Shown here piece after piece: positions 16,971-27,063 of a DNA stretch of 64,000 bases. Numbering within the stretch: position 1 is the first letter of the stretch; every line of letters starts with the position of its first letter. This stretch comes from Thermoplasmatota archaeon (GTDB lineage Archaea > Thermoplasmatota > Thermoplasmata > UBA10834), in the NCBI GenBank assembly GCA_040751795.1, contig JBFMHR010000004.1, positions 223,959-287,958 on the forward strand. Direction: 5' to 3'. Under the pieces are notes generated by a model, which was not told the DNA's origin, did not search any database, and was given only the letters and a program-made list of their open reading frames with translations. The position numbers and the translations under genes were made by a program.

Positions 16971-17222
16971 CAACGATCGCCCCGCTCCCTGTTCTCCCTC
17001 GCGACGCCTTCTGTACCTCTTTTGCCATACGCGCGTCGGACATTCCCGTTATAATGTTGTAAATATATAAAACCTCGGTAATCAGCGTTAAGGACGCTGA
17101 TTGGCCGCGGCCGGCCGTCCGGGACCGGCCCTTGCCAGCAGCGCCGCGGCCCCGCCATCAACAATGCCTTTATATTGAGTTCATGATAAGGTGCGCCACA
17201 GCGCCGTCGTCGCTGACCGGGA

Positions 17223-17335
17223 CCCGACTTAGCTCAGACTGGCTAGAGCGGCTGACTGTAGTGTGGATATCGGCAAGACCGATTGCAGTCGCTGAGATCA
17301 GCAGGCCCCCGGTTCAAATCCGGGAGTCGGGACCA
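17223..17335 (+). tRNA. tRNA-Tyr(GTA) with ~35-nt intron (17262-17296), CCA encoded
   Basis: Acceptor CCCGACT/AGTCGGG-ACCA, anticodon arm GCTGA-CTGTAG|A-TCAGC interrupted at 37/38, T loop GGTTCAAATCC. Confidence 0.93.
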
Positions 17336-17343
17336 CCTCTTTC

Positions 17344-18075
17344 TCAGTAGACGTGCCGGAGCCCGTCGTCCTCGGACGGCTTGACCACGACCCTGTGCCT
17401 CTCGAGGAGGGCCAGCTCCTTCTCCGAGAAGGCCCTCGGGTCGACGGAGACCACGAGCCTGCACGAGCTGGTCATCGCCGCCTCGGTCCACTTGTCCATG
17501 CTCCGTATGACCTTCTGGAAGTCGTTGCTGGTGACCAGGTACTCGACCCCGTCGACCAGGACCACCCCATTCTGGGAACGCTCCATGAAGCTCACCAGGT
17601 AGTCGGTGAGGAGGTTGATCTTCGCCGGGTCCATGTTGTCCTTCCCGGCGACGCTCGAGAGCCAGATTATCGGCGTGGTCTGGATGAAGTGCTTCGCGCG
17701 GACGGTGTTGGGGAACTGCCTCGTGACTATCAGGCCCTGCGCCCTGCTCCTGTACTTGGTGCATGCCCGGCACGGGCAGGGGAGCCTGCAGGACGCGCAC
17801 TCCAGGCTCTCGCACGAGAAGCTGTCGTCGTTCTCGCAGTCGAAGCAGCGCCCCTTCAGGATGTCCGCGAACATCTTGAACGAGAAGTCGGGCTTCTCCT
17901 CCTCGACCAGGTAGACGTGCCTGTGGAGCAGCCTGAACGACGCCTTCGAGCTGGACACCATGGCCTCGGCGGCAGGGGCCGCCTTGGCGCGCCTGCCCCT
18001 GACCCACCCGAGCCTCCCGACGGCGAGGAGGGCCGCCGCAGCGCCGACCGCGATGAGCCCCGTCGTCTCCAGCAT
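17344..18075 (-). CDS. DUF835 domain protein with N-terminal TM anchor and Cys-rich insert
   Basis: YLVEEEKP, GLIVTR.P, IIWLS, VVLVDGVEYL..NDF, LVVSVDP..EKELALLE; SD GGAGG before ATG 18075. Confidence 0.82.
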   Translation of the reverse strand: MLETTGLIAVGAAAALLAVGRLGWVRGRRAKAAPAAEAMVSSSKASFRLLHRHVYLVEEEKPDFSFKMFADILKGRCFDCENDDSFSCESLECASCRLPCPCRACTKYRSRAQGLIVTRQFPNTVRAKHFIQTTPIIWLSSVAGKDNMDPAKINLLTDYLVSFMERSQNGVVLVDGVEYLVTSNDFQKVIRSMDKWTEAAMTSSCRLVVSVDPRAFSEKELALLERHRVVVKPSEDDGLRHVY

Positions 18076-18152
18076 GTGGATGTCCTCCTCTAGGCGGTGT
18101 GCCCGTGCTCCCTCCCCGCGCCTCCACGCGGGGGCCGTGTGGTCCTCCGACC

Positions 18153-18515
18153 TCACGCCGTGGTGGCGGCCCTCACGGCCTCCAGGAGGCGCTCGACCTG
18201 GAACGGCTTGGCGACGAAGTCGACCGCGCCGGCCCGCATGGCCTCCTTCCTCAGCGCCTCCTTGACGAGGGCGCTGACGACTATGATCTTGGCCTTCGGG
18301 TCGAGCTCCATGATCTTCATTATGGCGGAGAGGCCGTCCATGCCTGGCATCAGTATGTCCATGAGCACGACGTCCGGCTTGAGGGCCTTGTACTTCTCGA
18401 TGGCCTCGAGGCCGTTCGCCGCCTCGCCGACGATCTCGTGGTCGTGGGACTCGAGAATGTCCCTGATCATCTCCCTGATGAAGGGCGCATCCTCCACGAT
18501 GAGAACCTTAGCCAT
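18153..18515 (-). CDS. Stand-alone response regulator receiver (CheY-like)
   Basis: KVLIVED, PDVVLMDILMPGMDG, IIVVSA, FVAKPF. Confidence 0.92.
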   Translation of the reverse strand: MAKVLIVEDAPFIREMIRDILESHDHEIVGEAANGLEAIEKYKALKPDVVLMDILMPGMDGLSAIMKIMELDPKAKIIVVSALVKEALRKEAMRAGAVDFVAKPFQVERLLEAVRAATTA

Positions 18516-18845
18516 CCTTAAGACCTGCCTCTGGGCGGACATGCACGTGCCATGCGAGCCCGCCTCACCAGTGAAGAAGAATCCGGACATATATAAGTTG
18601 GCCACTTTGGCTATCGCGCGTGATACGCACCGAAGGAGGGGGTGCCGGCGGAGGGCGCCGCGGACGTCGTGTGCGCGCCCGCCCGTGCGCATGTCCGTGG
18701 CCCTCCGCCACGCCCCGTCACCGGAATGCCGTAGGCATTCCCGTCTGACATTTGGCTTGCGCAATCCAGCACCGGCAAACAAATAAATACGATGTACGCC
18801 CTACCGATAATCGTCCGACAGTCGTCGGACTCAGAAGGGATGGGC

Positions 18846-20075
18846 ATGGTATTCGGCATCGGGAGAAGGGATGCTCGCGACATGGAGGACGCGCAGGAGC
18901 CAGCAAGGGTTCCGTACAGGCTCGCGTCCTACGAACACGACCACGAGGGCAAGAGGTTCAGGTCCTCCCACGTGGTCTACAGCTTCTGGAGCGCATCCAA
19001 GTACGTCCTCATCCTGTCCCTCGTGCTCTGGTGGCTCCCGATGTTCGGCCAGATGATCGCCGGCTACGTCGGCGGGAGGCGCGCGGGCGGACCGTGGCGC
19101 GGGGTCGCCGCGTCGATCCTCCCGGTGGTCTGCCTCTACGTCGTCATAACCGGCTTCGACTCCGGTTTCTTCCCGTCGCACGTCATGGGCGTCGCGATAG
19201 CGCCCGCGGCCGTGTCGGCGGTCCTCAGCGACAGCGTGCCGTTCGTCTCCCCGTACCTCCAGTTCTCCTCGGAGTACGTGGGCTCCTTCGTCGAGGCCCT
19301 CTCGGGCGCGAGCCCGTACGGCATCAACACCTACATCCTCACCGTCGCGTTCGCATACGTCGGAGGGATACTGGCCGAGCAGAGCAGGAGGGAGATAGAG
19401 TACAACTCCGGCGCCATGATGTCCAACACCACGGTCCTTGTGGCGGACGGCCAGGGCCAGCAGCTCCCGCAGCCGCAGCACCCGTACCCGTCCCACCACG
19501 GCCTCGCCCACATGATATCGTCCGCGCTGCCGTGGTCGAGGCACGAGCAGGGCCAGCCGCAGGGCGCCTTCGCGTCTCACGGCCGCTCGTCCTGGTCGGG
19601 CGCCGTACCGATGAGGTACGAGGACCAGCACCACGCGTCGGCCGCGATGCTGCCCCCGTCCGGGGACGAGGCCGTCACGTTCAGCAGGGCCAGCACGAGG
19701 TCGCACCCGGCGAGGTCCGTCAAGACCAGGGTCGCGAGGGGCGACCCATGGAGGCGGGCCGACAGGAGGGTCAAGCACCACTACACCTCGGCCCAGAGGT
19801 TCTCGGACGAGCCGCGCCCGGAGCCGGAGTTCGAGAGGGGTTCCAGGCCCAGCCGCCATGCGGCCCCCAGGATCGTCCCGGGCGACGAGAGGTCCGTGAG
19901 GAGGGCGAGGAGGGCAATCGAGAGCGAGTGGGGCCACAAGAGGTACCCGACGCTCGAGGACCGCCCGTCGCGCCCGTCCAGGCACGCCGGGGCGGAGGCC
20001 GCCGAGCCGGAGGAGGCGCCCCAGGCCCACAGGCACGGGCCGAGGACCCCCGGGAACCACTGGGACAGCATCTGA
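18846..20075 (+). CDS. Membrane protein (3-4 TM) with long low-complexity C-terminal tail
   Basis: LSLVLWWLPMFGQMIAGYVGGRRAGG hydrophobic motif; R/P/S/H-rich C-terminus; coding-like GC3; start uncertain. Confidence 0.65.
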   Translation: MVFGIGRRDARDMEDAQEPARVPYRLASYEHDHEGKRFRSSHVVYSFWSASKYVLILSLVLWWLPMFGQMIAGYVGGRRAGGPWRGVAASILPVVCLYVVITGFDSGFFPSHVMGVAIAPAAVSAVLSDSVPFVSPYLQFSSEYVGSFVEALSGASPYGINTYILTVAFAYVGGILAEQSRREIEYNSGAMMSNTTVLVADGQGQQLPQPQHPYPSHHGLAHMISSALPWSRHEQGQPQGAFASHGRSSWSGAVPMRYEDQHHASAAMLPPSGDEAVTFSRASTRSHPARSVKTRVARGDPWRRADRRVKHHYTSAQRFSDEPRPEPEFERGSRPSRHAAPRIVPGDERSVRRARRAIESEWGHKRYPTLEDRPSRPSRHAGAEAAEPEEAPQAHRHGPRTPGNHWDSI

Positions 20076-20161
20076 GCCCTTCGCCGGCCTGGTGAGACGG
20101 ATATCTATTTATCCAGCCACGGCTTCGCTCGCCGTGCGCGATGGAAGACGGAGCGGGTCCG

Positions 20162-20461
20162 ATGTTCTGCGACAAGTGCAAGTGCCTCCTCTTCCCCAAG
20201 GACGGGAAGCTCGTGTGCAACAAGTGCGGCGCCGAGCACACCCCGGGGAAGAAGTCTCAGGTGATCAAGCACAAGGGGACGGAGAAGGAGATGGCCGTGA
20301 TGGGCGAGCTCTCGGGGACCCTGCCCACGACGGACGTCGAGTGCCCCAAGTGCGGGAACCGGACCGCATACTGGGTCCTGAGGCAGACGAGGGCCGCGGA
20401 CGAGCCGGAGACGCGCATATTCAGGTGCACGAAGTGCTCGCACTCCTGGCGCGAATACTGA
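20162..20461 (+). CDS. tfs: Transcription factor S (TFS/RpoM family)
   Basis: MFCDKC, CPKCGN..AYW...QTRAADEPETRIFRCTKC..WREY. Confidence 0.94.
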   Translation: MFCDKCKCLLFPKDGKLVCNKCGAEHTPGKKSQVIKHKGTEKEMAVMGELSGTLPTTDVECPKCGNRTAYWVLRQTRAADEPETRIFRCTKCSHSWREY

Positions 20462-20527
20462 GCTGGATGCATGCGAAAAGCTTTTTAAAACACCATAGGG
20501 TTACAGGTAGGTACGGAAGGGGGGCTA

Positions 20528-21268
20528 ATGTTCCAGGCGAAAGCCAGAGCTGAAGTCTTGAAGGAAGTAGTGAACGTAGTGTCCACGCTCGTGGACGAGG
20601 CCAAGTTCAGCGTCAACGCCGACGGCCTCTCTCTCAGGGCGGTGGACCCCGCCCACATAGCCATGGTCGACCTCTCCCTCGGCAAGGACGCCTTCGAGGA
20701 GTTCAAGGCGGACGAGGCCGAGATAGGCATCGACATCGACAAGCTCAACCAGTTCCTGAAGCTCGCGAGGTCCGACGACATCGTGGACCTCAAGCACGAC
20801 GAGGACAAGCGCAGGCTGAACATCGTCGTGGGGGACATCACGAGGCGCATGAGCCTCATCGACACCACGGGCATGAGCGACCCGAAGGTCCCCAACCTGA
20901 GCCTCCCGGCAACGGTCACCGTCAAGGGAGACGACCTCACCCAGGGGATCAGGGCCAGCGAGACGGTGTCGGACCACATAGCCCTCGTCGCGAACCCGGA
21001 GGGCTTCGAGATGAGCTGCGAGGGCGACATGGACCAGGTGCAGTTCAGGAAGTCGAAGAAGGACCTGGTGGCCCTGGAGTCCCCGTCGAGCGTCAGGAGC
21101 CTCTTCCCCCTCGAGTACTTCTCCAACATGCTGAAGGCGGTCTCCTCGGGCAACACCGTGACGCTCCAGCTGGGCAACGACTACCCGGTCAAGATGGAGT
21201 TCAAGATCGCCGGAGGCAAGGGCGAGGTGCGCTACCTCCTCGCCCCGAGGATCGAGAGCGGTGACTGA
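20528..21268 (+). CDS. pcn: DNA polymerase sliding clamp PCNA
   Basis: RAVDPAHIAMVDL, SLFPLEY, LGNDYP, YLLAPRIE. Confidence 0.96.
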   Translation: MFQAKARAEVLKEVVNVVSTLVDEAKFSVNADGLSLRAVDPAHIAMVDLSLGKDAFEEFKADEAEIGIDIDKLNQFLKLARSDDIVDLKHDEDKRRLNIVVGDITRRMSLIDTTGMSDPKVPNLSLPATVTVKGDDLTQGIRASETVSDHIALVANPEGFEMSCEGDMDQVQFRKSKKDLVALESPSSVRSLFPLEYFSNMLKAVSSGNTVTLQLGNDYPVKMEFKIAGGKGEVRYLLAPRIESGD

Positions 21269-21344
21269 TGAGGCTCGCCCAGAGGTCCCTCAAGGTCGTC
21301 CCAGTGGCTTCGAAGCGATAGCGGTCATGCTCGGTTGATGTCCC

Positions 21345-21971
21345 ATGAAGCGCGCGAGGATAGGGGTCCTGGCATCGGGCGGCGGAACGAACCTCCAGTG
21401 CATCATCGACGCGTGCGAGCGCGGCGAGATCGACGGCGACGTCGCCGTGGTCATCTCCAACGTGCCCGAGGCGTTCGCCCTGGAGAGGGCGAGGAAGCAC
21501 CGGATAGACGCCTACGCCTTCCCGCACAAGGGGGTGACGAGGGAGCAGCACGAGGCGGACATCATCGCCTGCCTCGACCAGCACGGCGTCGACCTGGTCG
21601 TCCTCGCCGGCTACCTCAGGATCCTGACCCCGCTCTTCATCGACAGGTACGCTGGCAGGCTCATGAACACGCACCCGGCCCTCCTGCCCTCGTTCGGGGG
21701 CAGCGGCATGCACGGCCTGAACGTGCACAGGGCGGTCCTCGCCTACGGCTGCAAGGTCTCGGGCTGCACCATCCACTTCGTCACCCTCGACGTCGACGGC
21801 GGCCCAATAATCCTCCAGAAGGCCGTGCCCGTCCTCGAGGACGACACCCCGGAGACCCTCCAGGAGAGGGTCCTGAAGGAGGAGCACAAGCTCCTCCCGC
21901 GGGCGGTGCAGCTGTCCGCGGCCGGGAAGCTCAGGCTCGAGGGGCGCAGGGTGCGCATATTGGAGCAGTGA
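21345..21971 (+). CDS. purN: Phosphoribosylglycinamide formyltransferase
   Basis: ASGGGTNLQ, LAGYLRIL, NTHPALLPSFGG, SGCTIHFV, DGGPII.Q. Confidence 0.95.
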   Translation: MKRARIGVLASGGGTNLQCIIDACERGEIDGDVAVVISNVPEAFALERARKHRIDAYAFPHKGVTREQHEADIIACLDQHGVDLVVLAGYLRILTPLFIDRYAGRLMNTHPALLPSFGGSGMHGLNVHRAVLAYGCKVSGCTIHFVTLDVDGGPIILQKAVPVLEDDTPETLQERVLKEEHKLLPRAVQLSAAGKLRLEGRRVRILEQ

Positions 21972-22050
21972 CCTGGCACCCGAATCCTTTAAACCGGAAT
22001 GACCGATATCCCGCGTGAAGGCAGGCGACGGCACCCAGGGGGAGGCGCGC

Positions 22051-22881
22051 ATGGAGATCTACGACGGCGAATTCATCAAGGAGCTCGAGTCCATCGCGAA
22101 GAGGGTCAGGAGGCACTCCATACGCATGATCTACCACGCCGGCTCGGGCCACCCGGGCGGCTCGCTCTCCGGCACCGACATCATGGTCGCCCTCTACTTC
22201 CACATCATGAGGCACGACCCGAAGAAGCCCGACTGGCCTGACAGGGACAGGTTCGTCCTCAGCAAGGGCCACGCCGCCCCCGCGCTGTACGCGGTCCTCG
22301 CGGAGGCCGGCTACCTCCCGGTAGAGGAGCTCGACACCCTGAGGAAGATGGGCAGCCGGCTCCAGGGGCATCCGTGCATGAGCAAGACCCCGGGCGTGGA
22401 GATGTCCACCGGCTCGCTGGGGCACGGCCTCGCGGCGGGAAACGGGATGGCACTCGCGGCCAAGCTGGACAGGAAGCTCCACCGCGTCTACGTGCTCCTG
22501 GGCGACGGCGAGATGGACGTCGGGGAGACGTGGGAGGCGGCCATGCTCGCCTCGCACTACAAGCTCGACAACGTCACGGCATACGTCGACAGGAACAAGC
22601 TGCAGCTCGACGGGCCCACGGAGAAGATCATGTCGCTGGAACCGCTGGCCGACAAGTGGAAGGCCTTCGGCTGGCACGTCATCGAGATCAACGGCCACAA
22701 CATGAAGGAGATCATCCACGCGACCAACGAGGCCAAGAGCGTAAAGGGCAGGCCCACGGTCGTGATATGCCACACGGTGAAGGGCAAGGGCGTGAGCTTC
22801 ATGGAGGGCGCCGTCCACTTCCACGGGAAGGCGCCGAGCGACCAGGAGTTCGAGCAGGCGATGAAGGAGCTGGGCGAATGA
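22051..22881 (+). CDS. Transketolase N-terminal subunit
   Basis: [39 protein letters not shown] motif. Confidence 0.95.
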   Translation: MEIYDGEFIKELESIAKRVRRHSIRMIYHAGSGHPGGSLSGTDIMVALYFHIMRHDPKKPDWPDRDRFVLSKGHAAPALYAVLAEAGYLPVEELDTLRKMGSRLQGHPCMSKTPGVEMSTGSLGHGLAAGNGMALAAKLDRKLHRVYVLLGDGEMDVGETWEAAMLASHYKLDNVTAYVDRNKLQLDGPTEKIMSLEPLADKWKAFGWHVIEINGHNMKEIIHATNEAKSVKGRPTVVICHTVKGKGVSFMEGAVHFHGKAPSDQEFEQAMKELGE

Positions 22882-23831
22882 GCGCGGCCGCGTGGAAGGA
22901 GGAGAGCCAGAGGAAGCAGTACGGGAAGGCGCTCGTCGAGCTCGGCAAGGAGCGCGGGGACATCGTGGTCCTCGACGCCGACCTGTCCAGCTCCACCAGG
23001 ACCTCGGACTTCATGACGCACTTCCCCGAGAGGTTCTTCAACGTGGGCATCGCCGAGCAGAACATGATGGACACCGCCGCGGGCCTCGCCGCCTCCGGCA
23101 AGACGGTGTTCGTCTCGACCTTCGCCGTGTTCGGCACGGGCAGGTGCTACGACCAGATCAGGCAGTCGATAGCCTACCCGAAGCTCAACATCAAGATCGT
23201 CGCGTCGCACGCCGGCATCACCGTCGGCGGGGACGGCGCGTCCCACCAGATCATCGAGGACATCGCCCTGATGCGGGTCCTCCCCAACATGACCGTGATA
23301 GTCCCGGTGGACTCGCCCGAGACCTACAAGGTGGTCAAGGCGGTGGCCAAGATGAAGGGCCCCGTCTACGTCAGGATAGGGCGGTCGGACGTGCCCACGC
23401 TGACGGACGGGTCGACGCCCTTCGAGATGAACAACGCGGCGGTGATGCGCGACGGCAGGGACGTCACCCTCATCGGCTGCGGGATCATGGTCGCCAGGTG
23501 CCTGGAGGCGGCCGACGAGCTGGCCAAGCACGGTGTGGACGCCCGCGTCATCAACCTTCACACGATCAAGCCGCTGGACGAGAAGACCATCGTCAAGGCG
23601 GCGAGGGAGACCGGCGGGGTCGTCACCGCGGAGGAGCACTCCGTGATGATGGGCATGGGCAGCGCGGTCGCCATGTGCCTGGTGGAGAACTTCCACGTCC
23701 CGATGAAGAGGGTCGGCATCCCCGACACCTTCGGGGAGTCGGGCGGCTGCGACGAGCTGATGGCCAAGTACGGCCTCACGGTCGAGAACATAGTCGAGGC
23801 GGCGCACGACGTGCTGCGCAGGAAGAAGTGA
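22878..23831 (+). CDS. Transketolase C-terminal subunit
   Basis: [38 protein letters not shown]; ATGA overlap. Confidence 0.95.
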   Translation: MSAAAWKEESQRKQYGKALVELGKERGDIVVLDADLSSSTRTSDFMTHFPERFFNVGIAEQNMMDTAAGLAASGKTVFVSTFAVFGTGRCYDQIRQSIAYPKLNIKIVASHAGITVGGDGASHQIIEDIALMRVLPNMTVIVPVDSPETYKVVKAVAKMKGPVYVRIGRSDVPTLTDGSTPFEMNNAAVMRDGRDVTLIGCGIMVARCLEAADELAKHGVDARVINLHTIKPLDEKTIVKAARETGGVVTAEEHSVMMGMGSAVAMCLVENFHVPMKRVGIPDTFGESGGCDELMAKYGLTVENIVEAAHDVLRRKK

Positions 23832-23840
23832 GGTGGAGAG

Positions 23841-24488
23841 ATGAGGATATTCATAGACACCGCGAACCTGGACCACATCAGGGAGGTCAACAGCTGGGGC
23901 ATCCTGGACGGCGTCACGACGAACCCGTCGCTGATAGCCAAGGAGGGGTGCTCCTTCGAGGACCGCGTCAAGGCGATATGCGCCATCGTCGACGGCCCGA
24001 TAAGCGCGGAGGCGGTCTCCATGGACGCGGAGGGGATGGTCAGGGAGGCGCGCCAGCTCTCCAAAATCCACGAGAACGTCATAGTCAAGATCCCCATGAC
24101 CGCGGAGGGCCTGAAGGCGGTGAAGATACTCTCCGAGGAGGGTGTCAGGACCAACGTCACCCTCGTGTTCTCGGCCAACCAGGCGCTCCTGGCGGCCAAG
24201 GCCGGGGCCACCTACGTGTCCCCCTTCGTGGGCCGCCTGGACGACATAAGCCACACGGGCATGGACCTCGTCAGGGACATCGTGGAGATCTTCGACATCT
24301 ACGGGTACGACACGCAGGTCATAGCGGCGAGCATAAGGCACCCGGTCCACGTGACCGAGGCCGCGCTCGCCGGCGCCCACGTCGCCACCGTCCCCTACGA
24401 CGTCCTGAAGAAGATGCTCAGGCACAACCTGACGGACGAGGGGATCCAGAAGTTCCTGAAGGACTGGGAGAAGGTCCCGAAGAAGTGA
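23841..24488 (+). CDS. Transaldolase / fructose-6-phosphate aldolase
   Basis: [43 protein letters not shown]. Confidence 0.95.
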   Translation: MRIFIDTANLDHIREVNSWGILDGVTTNPSLIAKEGCSFEDRVKAICAIVDGPISAEAVSMDAEGMVREARQLSKIHENVIVKIPMTAEGLKAVKILSEEGVRTNVTLVFSANQALLAAKAGATYVSPFVGRLDDISHTGMDLVRDIVEIFDIYGYDTQVIAASIRHPVHVTEAALAGAHVATVPYDVLKKMLRHNLTDEGIQKFLKDWEKVPKK

Positions 24489-24489
24489 G

Positions 24490-25011
24490 TCAGGCGATGT
24501 AGGGGTCGGACGCCGACCTGTCGAACCCCTTCACGAGCTCCATCCTGAACTCCCCCGGGGGCCTCCACCCGTACACCGGGTAGACCAGCTTCGGTATGAA
24601 CCTGGAGAGGTCCGCCGCCAGCTGGGAGACCGGGTGGTCCCTGCCGAAGGTCGTCTCGCTCACCTCGAGCGCCTTCCTGCGCGTGGCCTCCTCGTCGATT
24701 ATGCCGAGGGTGTGGAGGTACTCGTGCAACAGGATGTGGAAGACGTAAGGTTTGTAGAGCCCCGGCTCGGTCTCCTTGACCCTCTTCAGGGGCAGGGAGT
24801 TCATCACTATGATGTTGGTCGTGAGCGGGTGGAAGGCACCGACCAGGCCGTCGGCGCCGCCGCCGAGGTTCGCCATACCCAGCATCAGGCCTCCCCTCTC
24901 CATCCCCGTGGTCCTCCTGACCGCCGTCTTGACAAGCTCGAATATGTCTGGGAGGTCCTTCGCCCCCTCCAGCTCCGCGTCGTACGCAGGTGGGTTGTTC
25001 ACGGCACACAT
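24490..25011 (-). CDS. Hypothetical protein, putative zinc metallopeptidase (HExxH)
   Basis: ILLHEYLHTLG motif; coding-like GC3; start at ATG 25011 or GTG 25002. Confidence 0.65.
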   Translation of the reverse strand: MCAVNNPPAYDAELEGAKDLPDIFELVKTAVRRTTGMERGGLMLGMANLGGGADGLVGAFHPLTTNIIVMNSLPLKRVKETEPGLYKPYVFHILLHEYLHTLGIIDEEATRRKALEVSETTFGRDHPVSQLAADLSRFIPKLVYPVYGWRPPGEFRMELVKGFDRSASDPYIA

Positions 25012-25081
25012 GTTGTCGTTCCAGGGATTTATCGCCTCCGCCTGACAAGCCTGAAATACGTAGGACGGTCTGTCTCCGCCC

Positions 25082-26242
25082 GTGAAGGCCGAAGTCCTCG
25101 TCATAGGCGCTGGCCCGGCGGGCTCGACCGCCGCGGCGGGGCTGGCGAGGGACCACGAGGTGGTCCTGCTCGAGGAGCACCCCCGGCCCGGTTCGCCGGT
25201 CCAGTGCGCGGGCCTGGTCACGCCGAGGGGCGTCCCCCAGTTCGCCCACGGGACGATCCTCGGGAGGGTCGAGGGAGCGAGGATACACTCCCCTCTGGGC
25301 TACACCCTCGAGCTCAGGGCGAGGGCCCCGCGCGCCTACGTCATAGACCGCGCGCTCTTCGACATGGCCCTCTTCCAGAGGGCGGTTGACAGGGGAGCGA
25401 CGGCCGTCTCGGGGGCGAAGGTCGTCTCCGTCCACCACGGCGACAGGGGGGTCGAGGCCCAGGTCGACTCGGGGACGGGGCGCACGCGCGTCTCGTGCCA
25501 GGTCGCGGTCGGGTGCGACGGGTACCGGTCCGAGACCAGGAGGGCGGCCGGGCTCGCGCCCGCGAAGCACATGCTCACCGGCATCCAGGCGGACGTCGCC
25601 GGGGCGGAGCTCGACCCGGACTACGTCGAGCTGTACCTCGGGGAGAAGGTCGCCCCGGGCTTCTTCGCGTGGGCGATACCCGCGGGAGACACCGCGAGGG
25701 TCGGCCTCTGCACGTGGAGGGGGGCCCATGCGCCCGCCGTCTACCTGAGGAAGCTGCTGGAGCGGCCCGAGTTCTCCAGGGCCAGGAAGGTCTCGTCCTC
25801 GTCCGGGAAGATCCCGGTGGGCGCGGGCGGGACGGCCCGCTCGGGGAGGATACTCCTGGCGGGGGACGCCGCGTGCCACGCGAAGCCCCTCTCGGGCGGC
25901 GGCGTGTACACGGGCATCAAGGGGGCCGAGCTCTGCGCGGAGTGCGCCCACGGCTTCCTCGCCACCGGGGAGGGGGCCGCGCTCGCGAGGTACGACCCGC
26001 TCTGGAAGGAGGCCTTCGGGAAGGAGCTGGCCAAGGCCTTCAGGCTGAGGAGGGTCTTCGTGTCCCTCAGCGACAGGAAGATGGACAAGGCCCTCAGGAT
26101 ATTCGGCGAACCGTCCCTCATCCACCTCGTCCAGGAGAGGGGGGACATCGACTACCCGGCGTCACTTTCGCCGCAGGTCCTTAAGCTTGCCCCTAAGCTC
26201 GCTCAGTTCTCCCCTCAGCTTGTAGAGTCTCTTCTCAAGTGA
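25082..26242 (+). CDS. Geranylgeranyl reductase family FAD oxidoreductase
   Basis: VIGAGPAGS, QCAG, IDR..FD, PGFFAW.IP, LAGDAA...KPLSGGG. Confidence 0.9.
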   Translation: MKAEVLVIGAGPAGSTAAAGLARDHEVVLLEEHPRPGSPVQCAGLVTPRGVPQFAHGTILGRVEGARIHSPLGYTLELRARAPRAYVIDRALFDMALFQRAVDRGATAVSGAKVVSVHHGDRGVEAQVDSGTGRTRVSCQVAVGCDGYRSETRRAAGLAPAKHMLTGIQADVAGAELDPDYVELYLGEKVAPGFFAWAIPAGDTARVGLCTWRGAHAPAVYLRKLLERPEFSRARKVSSSSGKIPVGAGGTARSGRILLAGDAACHAKPLSGGGVYTGIKGAELCAECAHGFLATGEGAALARYDPLWKEAFGKELAKAFRLRRVFVSLSDRKMDKALRIFGEPSLIHLVQERGDIDYPASLSPQVLKLAPKLAQFSPQLVESLLK

Positions 26243-26974
26243 CGGGTACCTCCCCGGGTTGTCCAGGACGAAGTAGTAGAGGGCCATGAACGCCGAGAGG
26301 CAGCAGCCCCCGATCAGCACGCCGAGGGGCCACCTGGGTATGGGTATCTTGATCCCGAACGAGGAGTCGGGGATCAGCCCGTCGACCCCGAGGGAGTGCA
26401 TGTAGGTCAGGTTCACGATGCTCTCCGTCGGGTCGAAGGAGACCATCGTGTCCCACTCCTCCTCGGTGAAGAACCCGCGCGACTGGAGCAGCACGCGCGT
26501 GTCGTTGCCCTCGAAGTTGAACGCCAGCCTGAGGCGCACGAAGTAGGTGCTCTGGGAGAAGTAGGACCCGTGGGGCGTGTCGTCGTCCGTGGATATGGTC
26601 AGGTCCACCCTGACTGTCTCGTTGAGCTGGAGGGCGTCGAAGAGGAGGTCGGTCTCCGGCAGGCCGTTCTCGAACGCCGGCGGGTCGTCGAACTCGGCGT
26701 CGACGTCCCTTACCTCCTCCTGCGTCGCGTACCTGTAGATGCCGACGGTGAGGTTCAGGTCCACCATGGTGCACACAGGGTCGTCGTACGGGTTGGTCAT
26801 GTTGAATCCGAACACGAGCGTGTCGCCGGGCCTTATCGTCGGCGTCACGAACCCGGAGAAGATGTTGTTTGCGTAGTGCGGACCCCCCGGCTCGTCTATG
26901 TCCGCGCTGGCGGCGCCCGACGCGAGGAGGACGAATGTGACGGCGACGGCGTATGCCCAGGGGGTGTGCCTCAT
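26162..26974 (-). CDS. Hypothetical exported protein with signal peptide and C-terminal TM anchor
   Basis: N-terminal hydrophobic segment ending ASA; acidic Ig-like middle with N-x-T sequons; C-terminal TM then basic tail. Confidence 0.65.
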   Translation of the reverse strand: MRHTPWAYAVAVTFVLLASGAASADIDEPGGPHYANNIFSGFVTPTIRPGDTLVFGFNMTNPYDDPVCTMVDLNLTVGIYRYATQEEVRDVDAEFDDPPAFENGLPETDLLFDALQLNETVRVDLTISTDDDTPHGSYFSQSTYFVRLRLAFNFEGNDTRVLLQSRGFFTEEEWDTMVSFDPTESIVNLTYMHSLGVDGLIPDSSFGIKIPIPRWPLGVLIGGCCLSAFMALYYFVLDNPGRYPSLEKRLYKLRGELSELRGKLKDLRRK

Positions 26975-27063
26975 CCTCTGCTCCGAAGCCCCAATCCGAC
27001 TATATCACTTTCGGTCTCCGCCCGCCTGAAAGAGTTATTACCGCCCCGTGCGTTGGGTCGTCC

